Shown here: in pieces, positions 12,544 to 25,706 of the stretch
Layout: each line of letters opens with the position of its first letter
Position numbering within the stretch: the stretch's first letter is position 1
Assembly (NCBI GenBank): GCA_965235115.1
Contig: OZ249436.1
Span: 1,676,001-1,740,000 of the forward strand
Origin: Laetmonice hystrix
Taxonomy: Eukaryota
Length of the DNA stretch: 64,000 bases
Direction: 5' to 3'
Position numbers and translations under genes: made by a program
Notes under the pieces: generated by a model
What the model saw: only the letters and a program-made list of their open reading frames with translations
Databases searched by the model: none
Told to the model about the DNA's origin: nothing

Positions 12544-13595
12544 TTGTCAGCCTCCAAGTAGAATACAAGTTTACCCGAGCTTGTAGATCTGATTGATTGT
12601 CAGCCTCCAAGTATAGAATACAAGTTTACCCGAGCTTGTAGATCTGATTGATTGTCAGCCTCCAAGTATAGAATACAAGTTTACCCGAGCTTGTAGATCT
12701 GATTGATTGTCAGCCTCCAAGTATAGAATACAAGTTTACCCGGGAGCTTGTAGATCTGATTGATTGTCAGCCTCCAAGTATAGAATACAAGTTTACCCGA
12801 GCTTGTAGATCTGATTGATTGTCAGCCTCCAAGTATAGAATACAAGTTTACCCGGGAGCTTGTAGATCTGATTGATTGTCAGCCTCCAAGTATAGAATAC
12901 AAGTTTACCCGGGAGCTTGTAGATCTGATTGATTGTCAGCCTCCAAGTATAGAATACAAGTTTACCCGAGCTTGTAGATCTGATTGATTGTCAGCCTCCA
13001 AGTATAGAATACAAGTTTACCCGAGCTTGTAGATCTGATTGATTGTCAGCCTCCAAGTATAGAATACAAGTTTACCCGAGCTTGTAGATCTGATTGATTG
13101 TCAGCCTCCAAGTATAGAATACAAGTTTACCCGGGCTTGTAGATCTGATTGATTGTCAGCCTCCAAGTATAGAATACAAGTTTACCCGGGCTTGTAGATC
13201 TGATTGATTGTCAGCCTCCAAGTATAGAATACAAGTTTACCGGAGCTTGTAGATCTGATTGATTGTCAGCCTCCAAGTATAGAATACAAGTTTACCGGAG
13301 CTTGTAGATCTGATTGATTGTCAGCCTCCAAGTATAGAATACAAGTTTACCGGAGCTTGTAGATCTGATTGATTGTCAGCCTCCAAGTATAGAATACAAG
13401 TTTACCCGAGCTTGTAGATCTGATTGATTGTCAGCCTCCAAGTATAGAATACAAGTTTACCCGAGCTTGTAGATCTGATTGATTGTCAGCCTCCAAGTAT
13501 AGAATACAAGTTTACCGGAGCTTGTAGATCTGATTGATTGTCAGCCTCCAAGTATAGAATACAAGTTTACCCGAGCTTGTAGATCTGATTGATTG
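12544..13595. repeat. Minisatellite, 55 bp unit, ~19 copies
   Basis: GATTGTCAGCCTCCAAGTATAGAATACAAGTTTACCCGAGCTTGTAGATCTGATT repeated. Confidence 0.98.
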
Positions 13596-14356
13596 ATGGC
13601 AACTTAAAAAGTATACCTTTGTTAATCTTGCAAACAGATGCAATATTTGTATCATTACTTTTAAGATATGTGTGGTGCTTCAGCACATTTATTAAACCTG
13701 CATGCCCATACAGGGTTTGATAAGTTTGGCAAACAATGAAGAAAACATTTGAATTGGAAATCGCCCGATTCCGTCATCGACAAGGACATGGAATGGTAAT
13801 GAGAGGGTTTCCCTTTCTTTTCCACATGTATCTCCCATGTAATCTCAACATTATGTAATATTATCCCTGGCAGGTTTACACAACAATAGCTTCTCCCACT
13901 CAGAGGACCACTCTACCTCTCCCGTGTCCGTAACACAAATGTACACAATTGCGTAAAAGAGAAATTCGACATTAGAAATTCTTTCCGTCTGTTTTAGCTC
14001 CGTACTACCAGCAGAATCCCCTGCTGAGACCCCACACCTGTGCCTATCCCAAAGTGGCCCATCAGGTCTAATTGAATTTAAACTACCGTCGCACAATAAA
14101 ACGGACGTCTTTGAAGGTGAGTGGAATCCCGGCACTTTCTGTGACTGGCGGGGGAAGTGACCTACACCCTTCACAGAGTACATTGTGTGGTTGTGTGCCC
14201 GCTGGCACAGAAACATTACGGGGACAAATTGACGACAGATGATTAATGAAAGAACTCGTCCCACTGACGAGAACAGTTGGTGTTCGGGTTAGGGAAATAT
14301 ATCGACTTGTACATGGCGCATATATGATCTAATATGATCTACATGGCACGGCTAGA

Positions 14357-15115
14357 GGAGATCTTATATTATATACATTACACAGGTATAGGAGATCTTA
14401 TATTATATACATTACACAGGTATAGGGGATCTTATATTATGTACATTACACAGGTATTGGAGAGCTTATATTATATACATTACACAGGCATAGGGGATCT
14501 TATATTATGTACATTACACAGGTATTGGAGAGCTTATATTATATACATTACACAGGTATAGGGGATCTTATATTATGTACATTACACAGGTATTGGAGAG
14601 CTTATATTATATACATTACACAGGTATAGGGGATCTTATATTATGTACATTACACAGGTATTGGAGAGCTTATATTATATACATTACACAGGCATAGGGG
14701 ATCTTATATTATATACATTGCACAGGTATAGGAGATCTTATATTATATACATTACACAGGTATAGGAGATCTTATATTATATACATTACACAGATATAGG
14801 AGATCTTATATTATATACATTGCACAGGTATAGGAGATCTTATATTATATACATTACACAGGTATAGGAGATCTTATATTATATACATTACACAGGTATA
14901 GGAGATCTTATATTATATACATTACACAGGTATAGGAGATCTTATATTATATACATTACACAGGTATAGGAGATCTTATATTATATACATTACACAGGCA
15001 TAGGAGATCTTATATTATATACATTACACAGGTATAGGAGATCTTATATTATATACATTACACAGGTATGGGAGATCTTATTTTTTATACATTACACAGG
15101 TATAGGAGAGCTTAT
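14357..15115. repeat. Minisatellite, 34 bp unit, ~22 copies (block 1 of a compound satellite)
   Basis: GGAGATCTTATATTATATACATTACACAGGTATA repeated; the 5' part alternates two variants (68-bp dimer). Confidence 0.97.
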
Positions 15116-15134
15116 TATCTACATCGCAAAGCAA

Positions 15135-15660
15135 GCCGATCATATATTATCAACATGTCATGGCTATAGGATATTTTATTATACACATAGCAGAGCTAGC
15201 CGATCTGATATTATCAACATGTCATGGCTATAGGATATTTTATTATACACATAGCACAGCTAGCAGATCTGATATAATCAACATGTCATGGCTATAGGAT
15301 ATTTTATTATACACATAGCACAGCGCGCCGATCTGATATTATCAACATGTCATGGCTATAGGATATTTTATTATACACATAGCACAGCTAGCCGATCTGA
15401 TATTATCAACATGTCATGGCTATAGGATATTTTATTATACACATAGCACAGCTAGCAGATCTGATATTATCAACATGTCATGGCTATAGGATATTTTATT
15501 ATACACATAGCACAGCTAGCCGATCTGATATTATCAACATGTCATGGCTATAGGATATTTTATTATACACATAGCACAGCTAGCCGATCTGATATTATCA
15601 ACATGTCATGGCTATAGGATATTTTATTATACACATAGCACAGCTAGCAGATCTGATATA
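15135..15660. repeat. Minisatellite, 64 bp unit, ~8 copies (block 2 of a compound satellite)
   Basis: GCCGATCTGATATTATCAACATGTCATGGCTATAGGATATTTTATTATACACATAGCACAGCTA repeated. Confidence 0.97.
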
Positions 15661-18600
15661 TCTTATATCATGGACATGGTATATAGCTATAGCATATGGT
15701 ACAGTCAAGGGATCTTATCGACATGGTATATAGCTATAGCATATGGTACAGTCAAGGGATCTTATCGACATGGTATATAGCTATAGCATATGGTACAGTC
15801 AAGGGATCTTATCGACATGGTATATAGCTATAGCATATGGTACAGTCACGGGATCTTATCGACATGGTATATAGCTACAGCATATGGTACAGTCAAGGGA
15901 TCTTATCGACATGGTATATAGCTATAGCATATGGTACAGTCAAGGGATCTTATCGACATGGTATATAGCTATAGCATATGGTACAGTCAAGGGATCTTAT
16001 CGACATGGTATATAGCTATAGCATATGGTGCAGTCAAGGGATCTTATCGACATGGTATATAGCTATAGCATATGGTACAGTCAAGGGATATTATCGACAT
16101 GGTATATAGCTATAGCATATGGTACAGTCAAGGGATCTTATCGACATGGTATATAGCTATAGCATATGGTGCAGTCAAGGGATCTTATCGACATGGTATA
16201 TAGCTATAGCATATGGTGCAGTCAAGGGATCTTATCGACATGGTATATAGCTATAGCATATGGTACAGTCAAGGGATCTTATCGACATGGTATATAGCTA
16301 TAGCATATGGTACAGTCAAGGGATCTTATCGACATGGTATATAGCTATAGCATATGGTACAGTCAAGGGATCTTATATTATCGACATGGTATATAGCTAT
16401 AGCATATGGTACAGTCAAGGGATATTATCGACATGGTATATAGCTATAGCATATGGTACAGTCAAGGGATATTATCGACATGGTATATAGCTATAGCATA
16501 TGGTACAGTCAAGGGATCTTATCGACATGGTATATAGCTATAGCATATGGTGCAGTCAAGGGATCTTATCGACATGGTATATAGCTATAGCATATGGTAC
16601 AGTCAAGGGATCTTATCGACATGGTATATAGCTATAGCATATGGTACAGTCACGGGATCTTATCGACATGGTATATAGCTATAGCATATGGTAGAGTCAA
16701 GGATCTTATCGACATGGTATATAGCTATAGCATATGGTACAGTCAAGGGATATTATCGACATGGTATATAGCTATAGCATATGGTACAGTCAAGGGATCT
16801 TATCGACATGGTATATAGCTATAGCATATGGTACAGTCAAGGGATCTTATCGACATGGTATATAGCTGTAGCATATGGTACAGTCAAGGGATCTTATCGA
16901 CATGGTATATAGCTATAGCATATGGTACAGTCAAGGGATCTTATCGACATGGTATATAGCTATAGCATATGGTAGAGTCAAGGATCTTATCGACATGGTA
17001 TATAGCTATAGCATATGGTACAGTCAAGGGATCTTATCGACATGGTATATAGCTATAGCATATGGTACAGTCAAGGGATCTTATCGACATGGTATATAGC
17101 TATAGCATATGGTACAGTCAAGGGATATTATCGACATGGTATATAGCTATAGCATATGGTACAGTCAAGGGATCTTATCGACATGGTATATAGCTACAGC
17201 ATATGGTACAGTCAAGGGATCTTATCGACATGGTATATAGATAGCATATGGTACAGTCAAGGGATCTTATCGACATGGTATATAGCTATAGCATATGGTA
17301 CAGTCAAGGGATCTTATCGACATGGTATATAGCTATAGCATATGGTACAGTCACGGGATCTTATCGACATGGTATATAGCTATAGCATATGGTACAGTCA
17401 AGGGATCTTATCGACATGGTATATAGCTATAGCATATGGTACAGTCAAGGGATCTTATATCATGGACATGGTATATAGCTATAGCATATGGTACAGTCAA
17501 GGGATCTTATCGACATGGTATATAGATAGCATATGGTACAGTCAAGGGATCTTATCGACATGGTATATAGCTATAGCATATGGTACAGTCACGGGATCTT
17601 ATCGACATGGTATATAGCTATAGCATATGGTACAGTCACGGGATCTTATCGACATGGTATATAGCTATAGCATATGGTACAGTCACGGGATCTTATCGAC
17701 ATGGTATATAGCTATAGCATATGGTACAGTCACGGGATCTTATCGACATGGTATATAGCTATAGCATATGGTACAGTCAAGGGATCTTATCGACATGGTA
17801 TATAGCTATAGCATATGGTACAGTCACGGGATCTTATCGACATGGTATATAGCTACAGCATATGGTACAGTCAAGGGATCTTATCGACATGGTATATAGC
17901 TATAGCATATGGTACAGTCAAGGGATCTTATCGACATGGTATATAGCTATAGCATATGGTACAGTCAAGGGATATTATCGACATGGTATATAGCTATAGC
18001 ATATGGTACAGTCAAGGGATCTTATCGACATGGTATATAGCTACAGCATATGGTACAGTCAAGGGATCTTATCGACATGGTATATAGCTATAGCATATGG
18101 TACAGTCAAGGGATCTTATATCATGGACATGGTATATAGCTACAGCATATGGTACAGTCAAGGGATATTATGGACATGGTATATAGCTATAGCATATGGT
18201 ACAGTCAAGGGATCTTATCGACATGGTATATAGCTATAGCATATGGTACAGTCACGGGATCTTATCGACATGGTATATAGCTATAGCATATGGTACAGTC
18301 AAGGGATCTTATCGACATGGTATATAGCTATAGCATATGGTACAGTCACGGGATCTTATCGACATGGTATATAGCTATAGCATATGGTACAGTCACGGGA
18401 TCTTATCGACATGGTATATAGCTATAGCATATGGTACAGTCACGGGATATTATCGACATGGTATATAGCTATAGCATATGGTACAGTCACGGGATCTTAT
18501 CGACATGGTATATAGCTATAGCATATGGTACAGTCAAGGGATCTTATCGACATGGTATATAGCTATAGCATATGGTACAGTCAAGGGATCTTATCGACAT

Positions 18601-21360
18601 GGTATATAGCTATAGCATATGGTACAGTCAAGGGATGTTATCGACATGGTATATAGCTATAGCATATGGTACAGTCAAGGGATCTTATCGACATGGTATA
18701 TAGCTATAGCATATGGTACAGTCACGGGATATTATCGACATGGTATATAGCTATAGCATATGGTACAGTCAAGGGATCTTATCGACATGGTATATAGCTA
18801 TAGCATATGGTACAGTCAAGGGATCTTATCGACATGGTATATAGCTATAGCATATGGTACAGTCACGGGATATTATCGACATGGTATATAGCTATAGCAT
18901 ATGGTACAGTCACGGGATCTTATCGACATGGTATATAGCTATAGCATATGGTACAGTCACGGGATCTTATCGACATGGTATATAGCTATAGCATATGGTA
19001 CAGTCAAGGGATCTTATCGACATGGTATATAGCTATAGCATATGGTACAGTCACGGGATCTTATCGACATGGTATATAGCTATAGCATATGGTACAGTCA
19101 AGGGATCTTATCGACATGGTATATAGCTATAGCATATGGTACAGTCAAGGGATCTTATCGACATGGTATATAGCTATAGCATATGGTACAGTCAAGGGAT
19201 GTTATCGACATGGTATATAGCTATAGCATATGGTACAGTCAAGGGATCTTATCGACATGGTATATAGCTATAGCATATGGTACAGTCACGGGATATTATC
19301 GACATGGTATATAGCTATAGCATATGGTACAGTCAAGGGATCTTATCGACATGGTATATAGCTATAGCATATGGTACAGTCAAGGGATCTTATCGACATG
19401 GTATATAGCTATAGCATATGGTACAGTCACGGGATATTATCGACATGGTATATAGCTATAGCATATGGTACAGTCAAGGGATCTTATCGACATGGTATAT
19501 AGCTATAGCATATGGTACAGTCACGGGATATTATCGACATGGTATATAGCTATAGCATATGGTACAGTCAGGGGATCTTATCGACATGGTATATAGCTAT
19601 AGCATATGGTACAGTCAGGGGATCTTATCGACATGGTATATAGCTATAGCATATGGTACAGTCACGGGATCTTATCGACATGGTATATAGCTATAGCATA
19701 TGGTACAGTCAAGGGATCTTATCGACATGGTATATAGCTATAGCATATGGTACAGTCAAGGGATCTTATCGACATGGTATATAGCTATAGCATATGGTAC
19801 AGTCAAGGGATCTTATCGACATGGTATATAGCTATAGCATATGGTACAGTCAAGGGATGTTATCGACATGGTATATAGCTATAGCATATGGTACAGTCAA
19901 GGGATCTTATCGACATGGTATATAGCTATAGCATATGGTACAGTCACGGGATATTATCGACATGGTATATAGCTATAGCATATGGTACAGTCAAGGGATC
20001 TTATCGACATGGTATATAGCTATAGCATATGGTACAGTCAAGGGATCTTATCGACATGGTATATAGCTATAGCATATGGTACAGTCACGGGATATTATCG
20101 ACATGGTATATAGCTATAGCATATGGTACAGTCACGGGATCTTATCGACATGGTATATAGCTATAGCATATGGTACAGTCACGGGATCTTATCGACATGG
20201 TATATAGCTATAGCATATGGTACAGTCAAGGGATCTTATCGACATGGTATATAGCTATAGCATATGGTACAGTCACGGGATCTTATCGACATGGTATATA
20301 GCTATAGCATATGGTACAGTCAAGGGATCTTATCGACATGGTATATAGCTATAGCATATGGTACAGTCAAGGGATCTTATCGACATGGTATATAGCTATA
20401 GCATATGGTACAGTCAAGGGATGTTATCGACATGGTATATAGCTATAGCATATGGTACAGTCAAGGGATCTTATCGACATGGTATATAGCTATAGCATAT
20501 GGTACAGTCACGGGATATTATCGACATGGTATATAGCTATAGCATATGGTACAGTCAAGGGATCTTATCGACATGGTATATAGCTATAGCATATGGTACA
20601 GTCAAGGGATCTTATCGACATGGTATATAGCTATAGCATATGGTACAGTCACGGGATATTATCGACATGGTATATAGCTATAGCATATGGTACAGTCAAG
20701 GGATCTTATCGACATGGTATATAGCTATAGCATATGGTACAGTCACGGGATATTATCGACATGGTATATAGCTATAGCATATGGTACAGTCAGGGGATCT
20801 TATCGACATGGTATATAGCTATAGCATATGGTACAGTCAGGGGATCTTATCGACATGGTATATAGCTATAGCATATGGTACAGTCACGGGATCTTATCGA
20901 CATGGTATATAGCTATAGCATATGGTACAGTCAAGGGATCTTATCGACATGGTATATAGCTATAGCATATGGTACAGTCAAGGGATCTTATCGACATGGT
21001 ATATAGCTATAGCATATGGTACAGTCAAGGGATCTTATCGACATGGTATATAGCTATAGCATATGGTACAGTCGAGGGATCTTATCGACATGGTATATAG
21101 CTATAGCATATGGTACAGTCAAGGGATATTATCGACATGGTATATAGCTATAGCATATGGTACAGTCAAGGGATCTTATCGACATGGTATATAGCTATAG
21201 CATATGGTACAGTCACGGGATCTTATCGACATGGTATATAGCTATAGCATATGGTACAGTCACGGGATCTTATCGACATGGTATATAGCTATAGCATATG
21301 GTACAGTCAAGGGATCTTATCGACATGGTATATAGCTATAGCATATGGTACAGTCAAGGG
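15661..21360. repeat. Large satellite array, 47 bp unit, ~120 copies (block 3 of a compound satellite)
   Basis: GACATGGTATATAGCTATAGCATATGGTACAGTCAAGGGATCTTATC repeated over 5.7 kb; the unit contains the palindrome TATAGCTATA. Confidence 0.99.
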
Positions 21361-21816
21361 CACAGAGTTTATTCATGTTCAGTGGTAATTCGATCAGAGT
21401 ATGCAGGGTTTAAGTAATGACTATCCATCCCGTCCTTGCTGTTCTCATGTACGGGTGGGGTTTGCCATTCTGTCATGTATAACACACACTACAGTAAGTC
21501 GGCCTTATATATTGATTTTCCTGCTGTACGCCAGTCACTGTGAAAACTGATGAAGGCTGTCGGTCTGTGGATGTGGCACGGATAACGTGCGTGTTCAAGA
21601 TTTGAAATGTAAAAGGTCTGCGCCTTCAAATATTATCTTTCTCAATTTATATGGTCATGATGCCCGAACGTGTCAGAATTATATACAGTGTCGATTTTAT
21701 CCTGAATTTACAGTATTCCTCCAATAGAATTCAGTGACGAAACTTGTTCTATTGTAAGGAGAAGGAGACGTAAATGATTATCCGAGTACAATGTCTCCCT
21801 TTATCCACATCCCGTC

Positions 21817-22207
21817 ATTCCTGTATAACAATCGCAGGTGTGTTTTTAATTCACGCGTATAGCAATCGCAGGTGTGTTTTTAATTCCTGTATAGCAATCC
21901 CAGGTGTGTTTTTAATTCCTGTCCTGTATAACAATCCCAGGTGTGTGTTTAATTCCTGTATAGCAATCCCAGGTGTGGTTTTAATTCCCGTATAGCAATC
22001 CCAGGTGTGTTTTTAATTCCTGTATAGCAATCCCAGGTGTGTTTTTAATTCATGTATAGCAATCCCAGGTCTGTTTTTAATTCCTGATAGCAATCCCAGG
22101 TGTGTTTTTAATTCCTATATAGCAATCCCAGATGTGTTTTTAATTCCTGTATAGCAATCCCAGGTGTTTTTAATTCCTGTATAGCAATCCCAGGTGTGTT
22201 TTTAATT
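21817..22207. repeat. Minisatellite, 32 bp unit, ~12 copies
   Basis: ATTCCTGTATAGCAATCCCAGGTGTGTTTTTA repeated. Confidence 0.95.
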
Positions 22208-23653
22208 GTCAGTGATGCAACAGTCTGCTGTGGATAGAGAAACGTCAGCGCTGACGACCATCGACGTCCCGCGGAGGATTCTCATTCACTGCCGTCCACC
22301 AATTGCCGCCCAACAACCGCCAGGTTAATACGCCACACCTGTATATAGACCACGGCATCTGATCAAACGCTCCAAACAACCGACACAGGTGGGCATACAA
22401 GTAAGGATAAATCACACCAGGTCTAAAGACATTCCTGAGCATGGTATACAACAACCATAGACGACCCGTCGAGAGCCATTAAAATAGAATTTAGCGCTGC
22501 GAGGGTTAATACTGAGGACGCTCCGGCAACCGCCCCTCAATATCAACTAACCCCCTGATACCGCCCCTCAATATCCACTAACCCCCGGGGAGTCGTTTTG
22601 GTGATTGTTTCGGTCAAACTGACCAGAACCAGGAGGTGTTGGTCAGTAGTTCCTGCCCACACCTGTATGGGAACCCTCGACGTGAGTCCGACCGTTTGAC
22701 CACAGACCTCAGTCCAACCCCTGGCGAGTCGAACTTAATGATGTCTTGTCGTCCGCCCTGAGGTCCCTCCCTGTGTTGGGATATCAACGGGCAAATATTT
22801 GATTACCCAAGGAGACAATAAGCTTCGACCAGCGGGGTTGGCTCGGCGGGCGGGAATCTGGCTCTCAGAATGCAAGACTTACCTCCCCATGACACGAGTC
22901 AACCAGTCGGTCCGAACAAAGTCTGTCTGATTTATTAGTGTTAGATAAATCTTGTTGTGAAATGTTTTCTTCGGAACAAATTATTCTGCTGCAGCCTATA
23001 ATGGCTCTGCTATGGTTGGGCGTACATTCGTGGCATTGCAAGGTAAATGGCGGGTCGGAAAAAAGGCAATTAACTATTATCTCGACGAGAAGTGCATGTA
23101 TACAAATGCGCCTGTGTGAAAATTATAACCAACGTGGACTTATGAGCTCAACCAATAGTGACCTCCATTGTGAAATATGTAATAAAAAATGTACTTCTTC
23201 TCTGGGACTATGGGGTGATCTTTGTGTTAAACAGTACGCCTATTATGTGAAAACACAATGAAAGTATAAACCAATTCCACTGTACTCTGCTACATCACAG
23301 CTTGAGGGAAAACGCCAATTTTAGCAACACATCTTGTAAAGTGAGGGTGATCAGTCAAAGTCCTAATAACTTCCCCATGCAAACTGTCACGGTATGACAT
23401 GATTAATTGTTAGTCAGAAACACATGCGGTAAACGTGTCCTCGTTTTTACACTCTCAGACAACCATATGGCCTAAGCTATGCAGAACGAAGAGATATTCA
23501 ATCAAATATAAGCATACCTAAAACCATATCGTGTATTTCTAAGTACATTGTAATTTAAAACGAATAGATCATGTGCAAATTGTTCTCTCTTTAGCATATG
23601 CATAGGGGAAAACGTGTACCAGGTCACTGACGATAGAAGAATACAGAATAAAG

Positions 23654-23880
23654 AGTAAAGAAAGATTTGTGTGGACACAATACATACACATGTCGGAATT
23701 CTTTATAAAGTAAAGAAAGATTTGTGTGGACACAATACATAGACATATCGAAATTCTTTATAAAGTAAAGAAAGATTTGTGTGGACACAATATATACACA
23801 TGTCGAAATTCTTTATAAAGTAAAGAAAGATTTATGTGGACACAATACATACACATGTCGAAATTCTTTATAAAGTAAAA
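23654..23880. repeat. Minisatellite, 55 bp unit, 4 copies
   Basis: AGTAAAGAAAGATTTGTGTGGACACAATACATACACATGTCGAAATTCTTTATAA repeated. Confidence 0.95.
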
Positions 23881-24196
23881 GATGCTCACTCATCCGCTGT
23901 TTACTATTCACGCAAACTCCGAACAGACCTATTGTTGTTTTTTTTATATTTTAGGACGACTAATAATTATGTGACTTTTATGGTATTTATTAAATACCCA
24001 CTATATGAACCATGCTCCAACTGGGAAATTGGCAAAGCAAAGACATTCGGAGGCGAACAGAAATCTGCCCAAGCGATCGTGCGATGATACCTGCTCTAGA
24101 GGCGGCTATCGACCGTCCTCTACTCTCACCTGACGCAAACACGGGTACAGGTGATGTTTGTGTCAGGGTTGTGTCAGAGGAAGTCTCTGTACCCCT

Positions 24197-24340
24197 ACAT
24201 TTACCCACAACCTGACATTTACCCACAACCTAACATTTATCATCTACCCGAGAGATATCCACATTTACCCACAACCCCACAGGTAGCCACATTTACCCAC
24301 AACCTGCCAGGTAGACACGTTTACCCACAACCTGACAGGT
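24197..24340. repeat. Degenerate repeat of ACATTTACCCACAACC
   Basis: About 5 copies of TTTACCCACAACC with variable linkers. Confidence 0.8.
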
Positions 24341-24519
24341 ATAACCTTCCGAAACCGTATTACCTATACTCCCACAACCCCACACTCTCCGTGTCGCACA
24401 TTCCCCCACAACTCCACAGCCTGCTACAACCAAACATGCAACCATACACCTCTACCTATATCCAAAGATTTATTACCACTCCGCATACATCGAAACCCCA
24501 ACACATAGAGTCCAAGCAG

Positions 24520-24800
24520 TCCGACCACCGGGCCGAATATTTCCGAACCCAGCCAGGTCGCACGGCTCTGTCGGCGGCTCCCGGCCCGGCTCGGGCGGCC
24601 TCGGTCTCTCTACTGCCATCAGGTGGCGCTACTGCAGCTCTCTCGGCGCCAACTCGGAGCGACCAGGTGGCCGTCGATTATTGCGGCTGGTTAACGAGGG
24701 GCGGAGACCGGGGCGGCGGGGTTAGGCCTGCCGGGCGGGAGGTAGACCGGCCTCAGGCCGGGAGGGATGGCCCGGACCGTCGGGAGATGGCGCAAGGGTT
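24520..24800. promoter_or_regulatory. GC/CpG-rich island with GC boxes and a CTCF-like motif
   Basis: Non-repetitive, very GC-rich segment with GGGGCGG motifs at ~24698 and ~24709 and CTGCCATCAGGTGGCGCTA at 24613-24631; function inferred only. Confidence 0.4.
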
Positions 24801-25147
24801 CAAAATGAACCTTAAAGAGGGCAAAGGGCAGAACTGAAGTCTAAAAGCCCAATAAGATGTGCGTACTGCCTCGTGTAGAGCTTTAATTGTTGTTTTGGCC
24901 CTCTTGATAACCATAGATTAATAGAGATACTATAGTAACGATCGCACCAAGAGACGGAGGCGGGGGGGGCGGGGGTTGGTGGGGGGGGGGCTGAGAATTG
25001 TTAACAGCGAGCCCTCCGTGATGTGGTATAGATATACGCAAAGTTTTGGTAAAATCCCCACGAAATTAGGGGGTAAAAACTAAAAATTATGGTATTTCTA
25101 GTCCCGAGCCAATTCCTATACCGGAGTACCAAACCTCCTCCAATTAT

Positions 25148-25245
25148 TCCTATCCCTATCCCTGTCTCTCCACCTATCCCTATCCCTGTCTCTCCACCTA
25201 TCCCTATCCCTGTCCCTAAACCTATCTCTACTCCTGCCCCTGCAC
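25148..25245. repeat. Short (CCCTAT/CCCTGT)-based repeat, 24 bp period
   Basis: CCTATCCCTATCCCTGTCTCTCCA x ~3. Confidence 0.85.
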
Positions 25246-25296
25246 CTGACGCCACATACCTGCGTGAATCTCACAGAACCATCAACAAATACTTGA

Positions 25297-25706
25297 ATAC
25301 GCACACGTGTCTGAGACACTGATATCTATACGCACACGTATCTGAGACACATATCTATACGCACACGTGTCTGAGACACTGATATCTATACGCACACGTG
25401 TCTGAGACACTGATATCTATACGCACACGTGTCTGAGACACTGATATCTATACGCACACGTGTCTGAGACACTGATATCTTGAATACGCACACGTGTATG
25501 AGACACTGATATCTATACGCACACGTGTCTGAGACACTGATATCTGTACGCACACGTGTCTGAGACACTGATATCTATACGCACACGTGTCTGAGACACT
25601 GATATCTATACGCACACGTGTCTGAGACACTGATAGGTTATCTATACGCACACGTGTCTGAGACACTGATATCTATACGCACACGTGTCTGAGACACTGA
25701 TATCTA
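25297..25706. repeat. Minisatellite, 31 bp unit, ~13 copies, palindrome-rich
   Basis: ATACGCACACGTGTCTGAGACACTGATATCT repeated; contains ACACGTGT, GTGTCT-G-AGACAC and GATATC. Confidence 0.97.

Noticed and set aside
14255..14300. CTGACGA followed by a GAACA/TGTTC stem (hammerhead-like); also CTGATGA at ~21548
   Set aside because: The required GAAA after stem II is absent in both.
21535..21552. Similarity to the 3' half of bantam miRNA (TGTGAAAACTGAT)
   Set aside because: The seed (GAGATC) is absent and there is no precursor hairpin.
24151..24837. 228-aa ORF
   Set aside because: It spans a degenerate repeat and a GC-rich island, starts at a non-ATG codon and has no recognisable domain.
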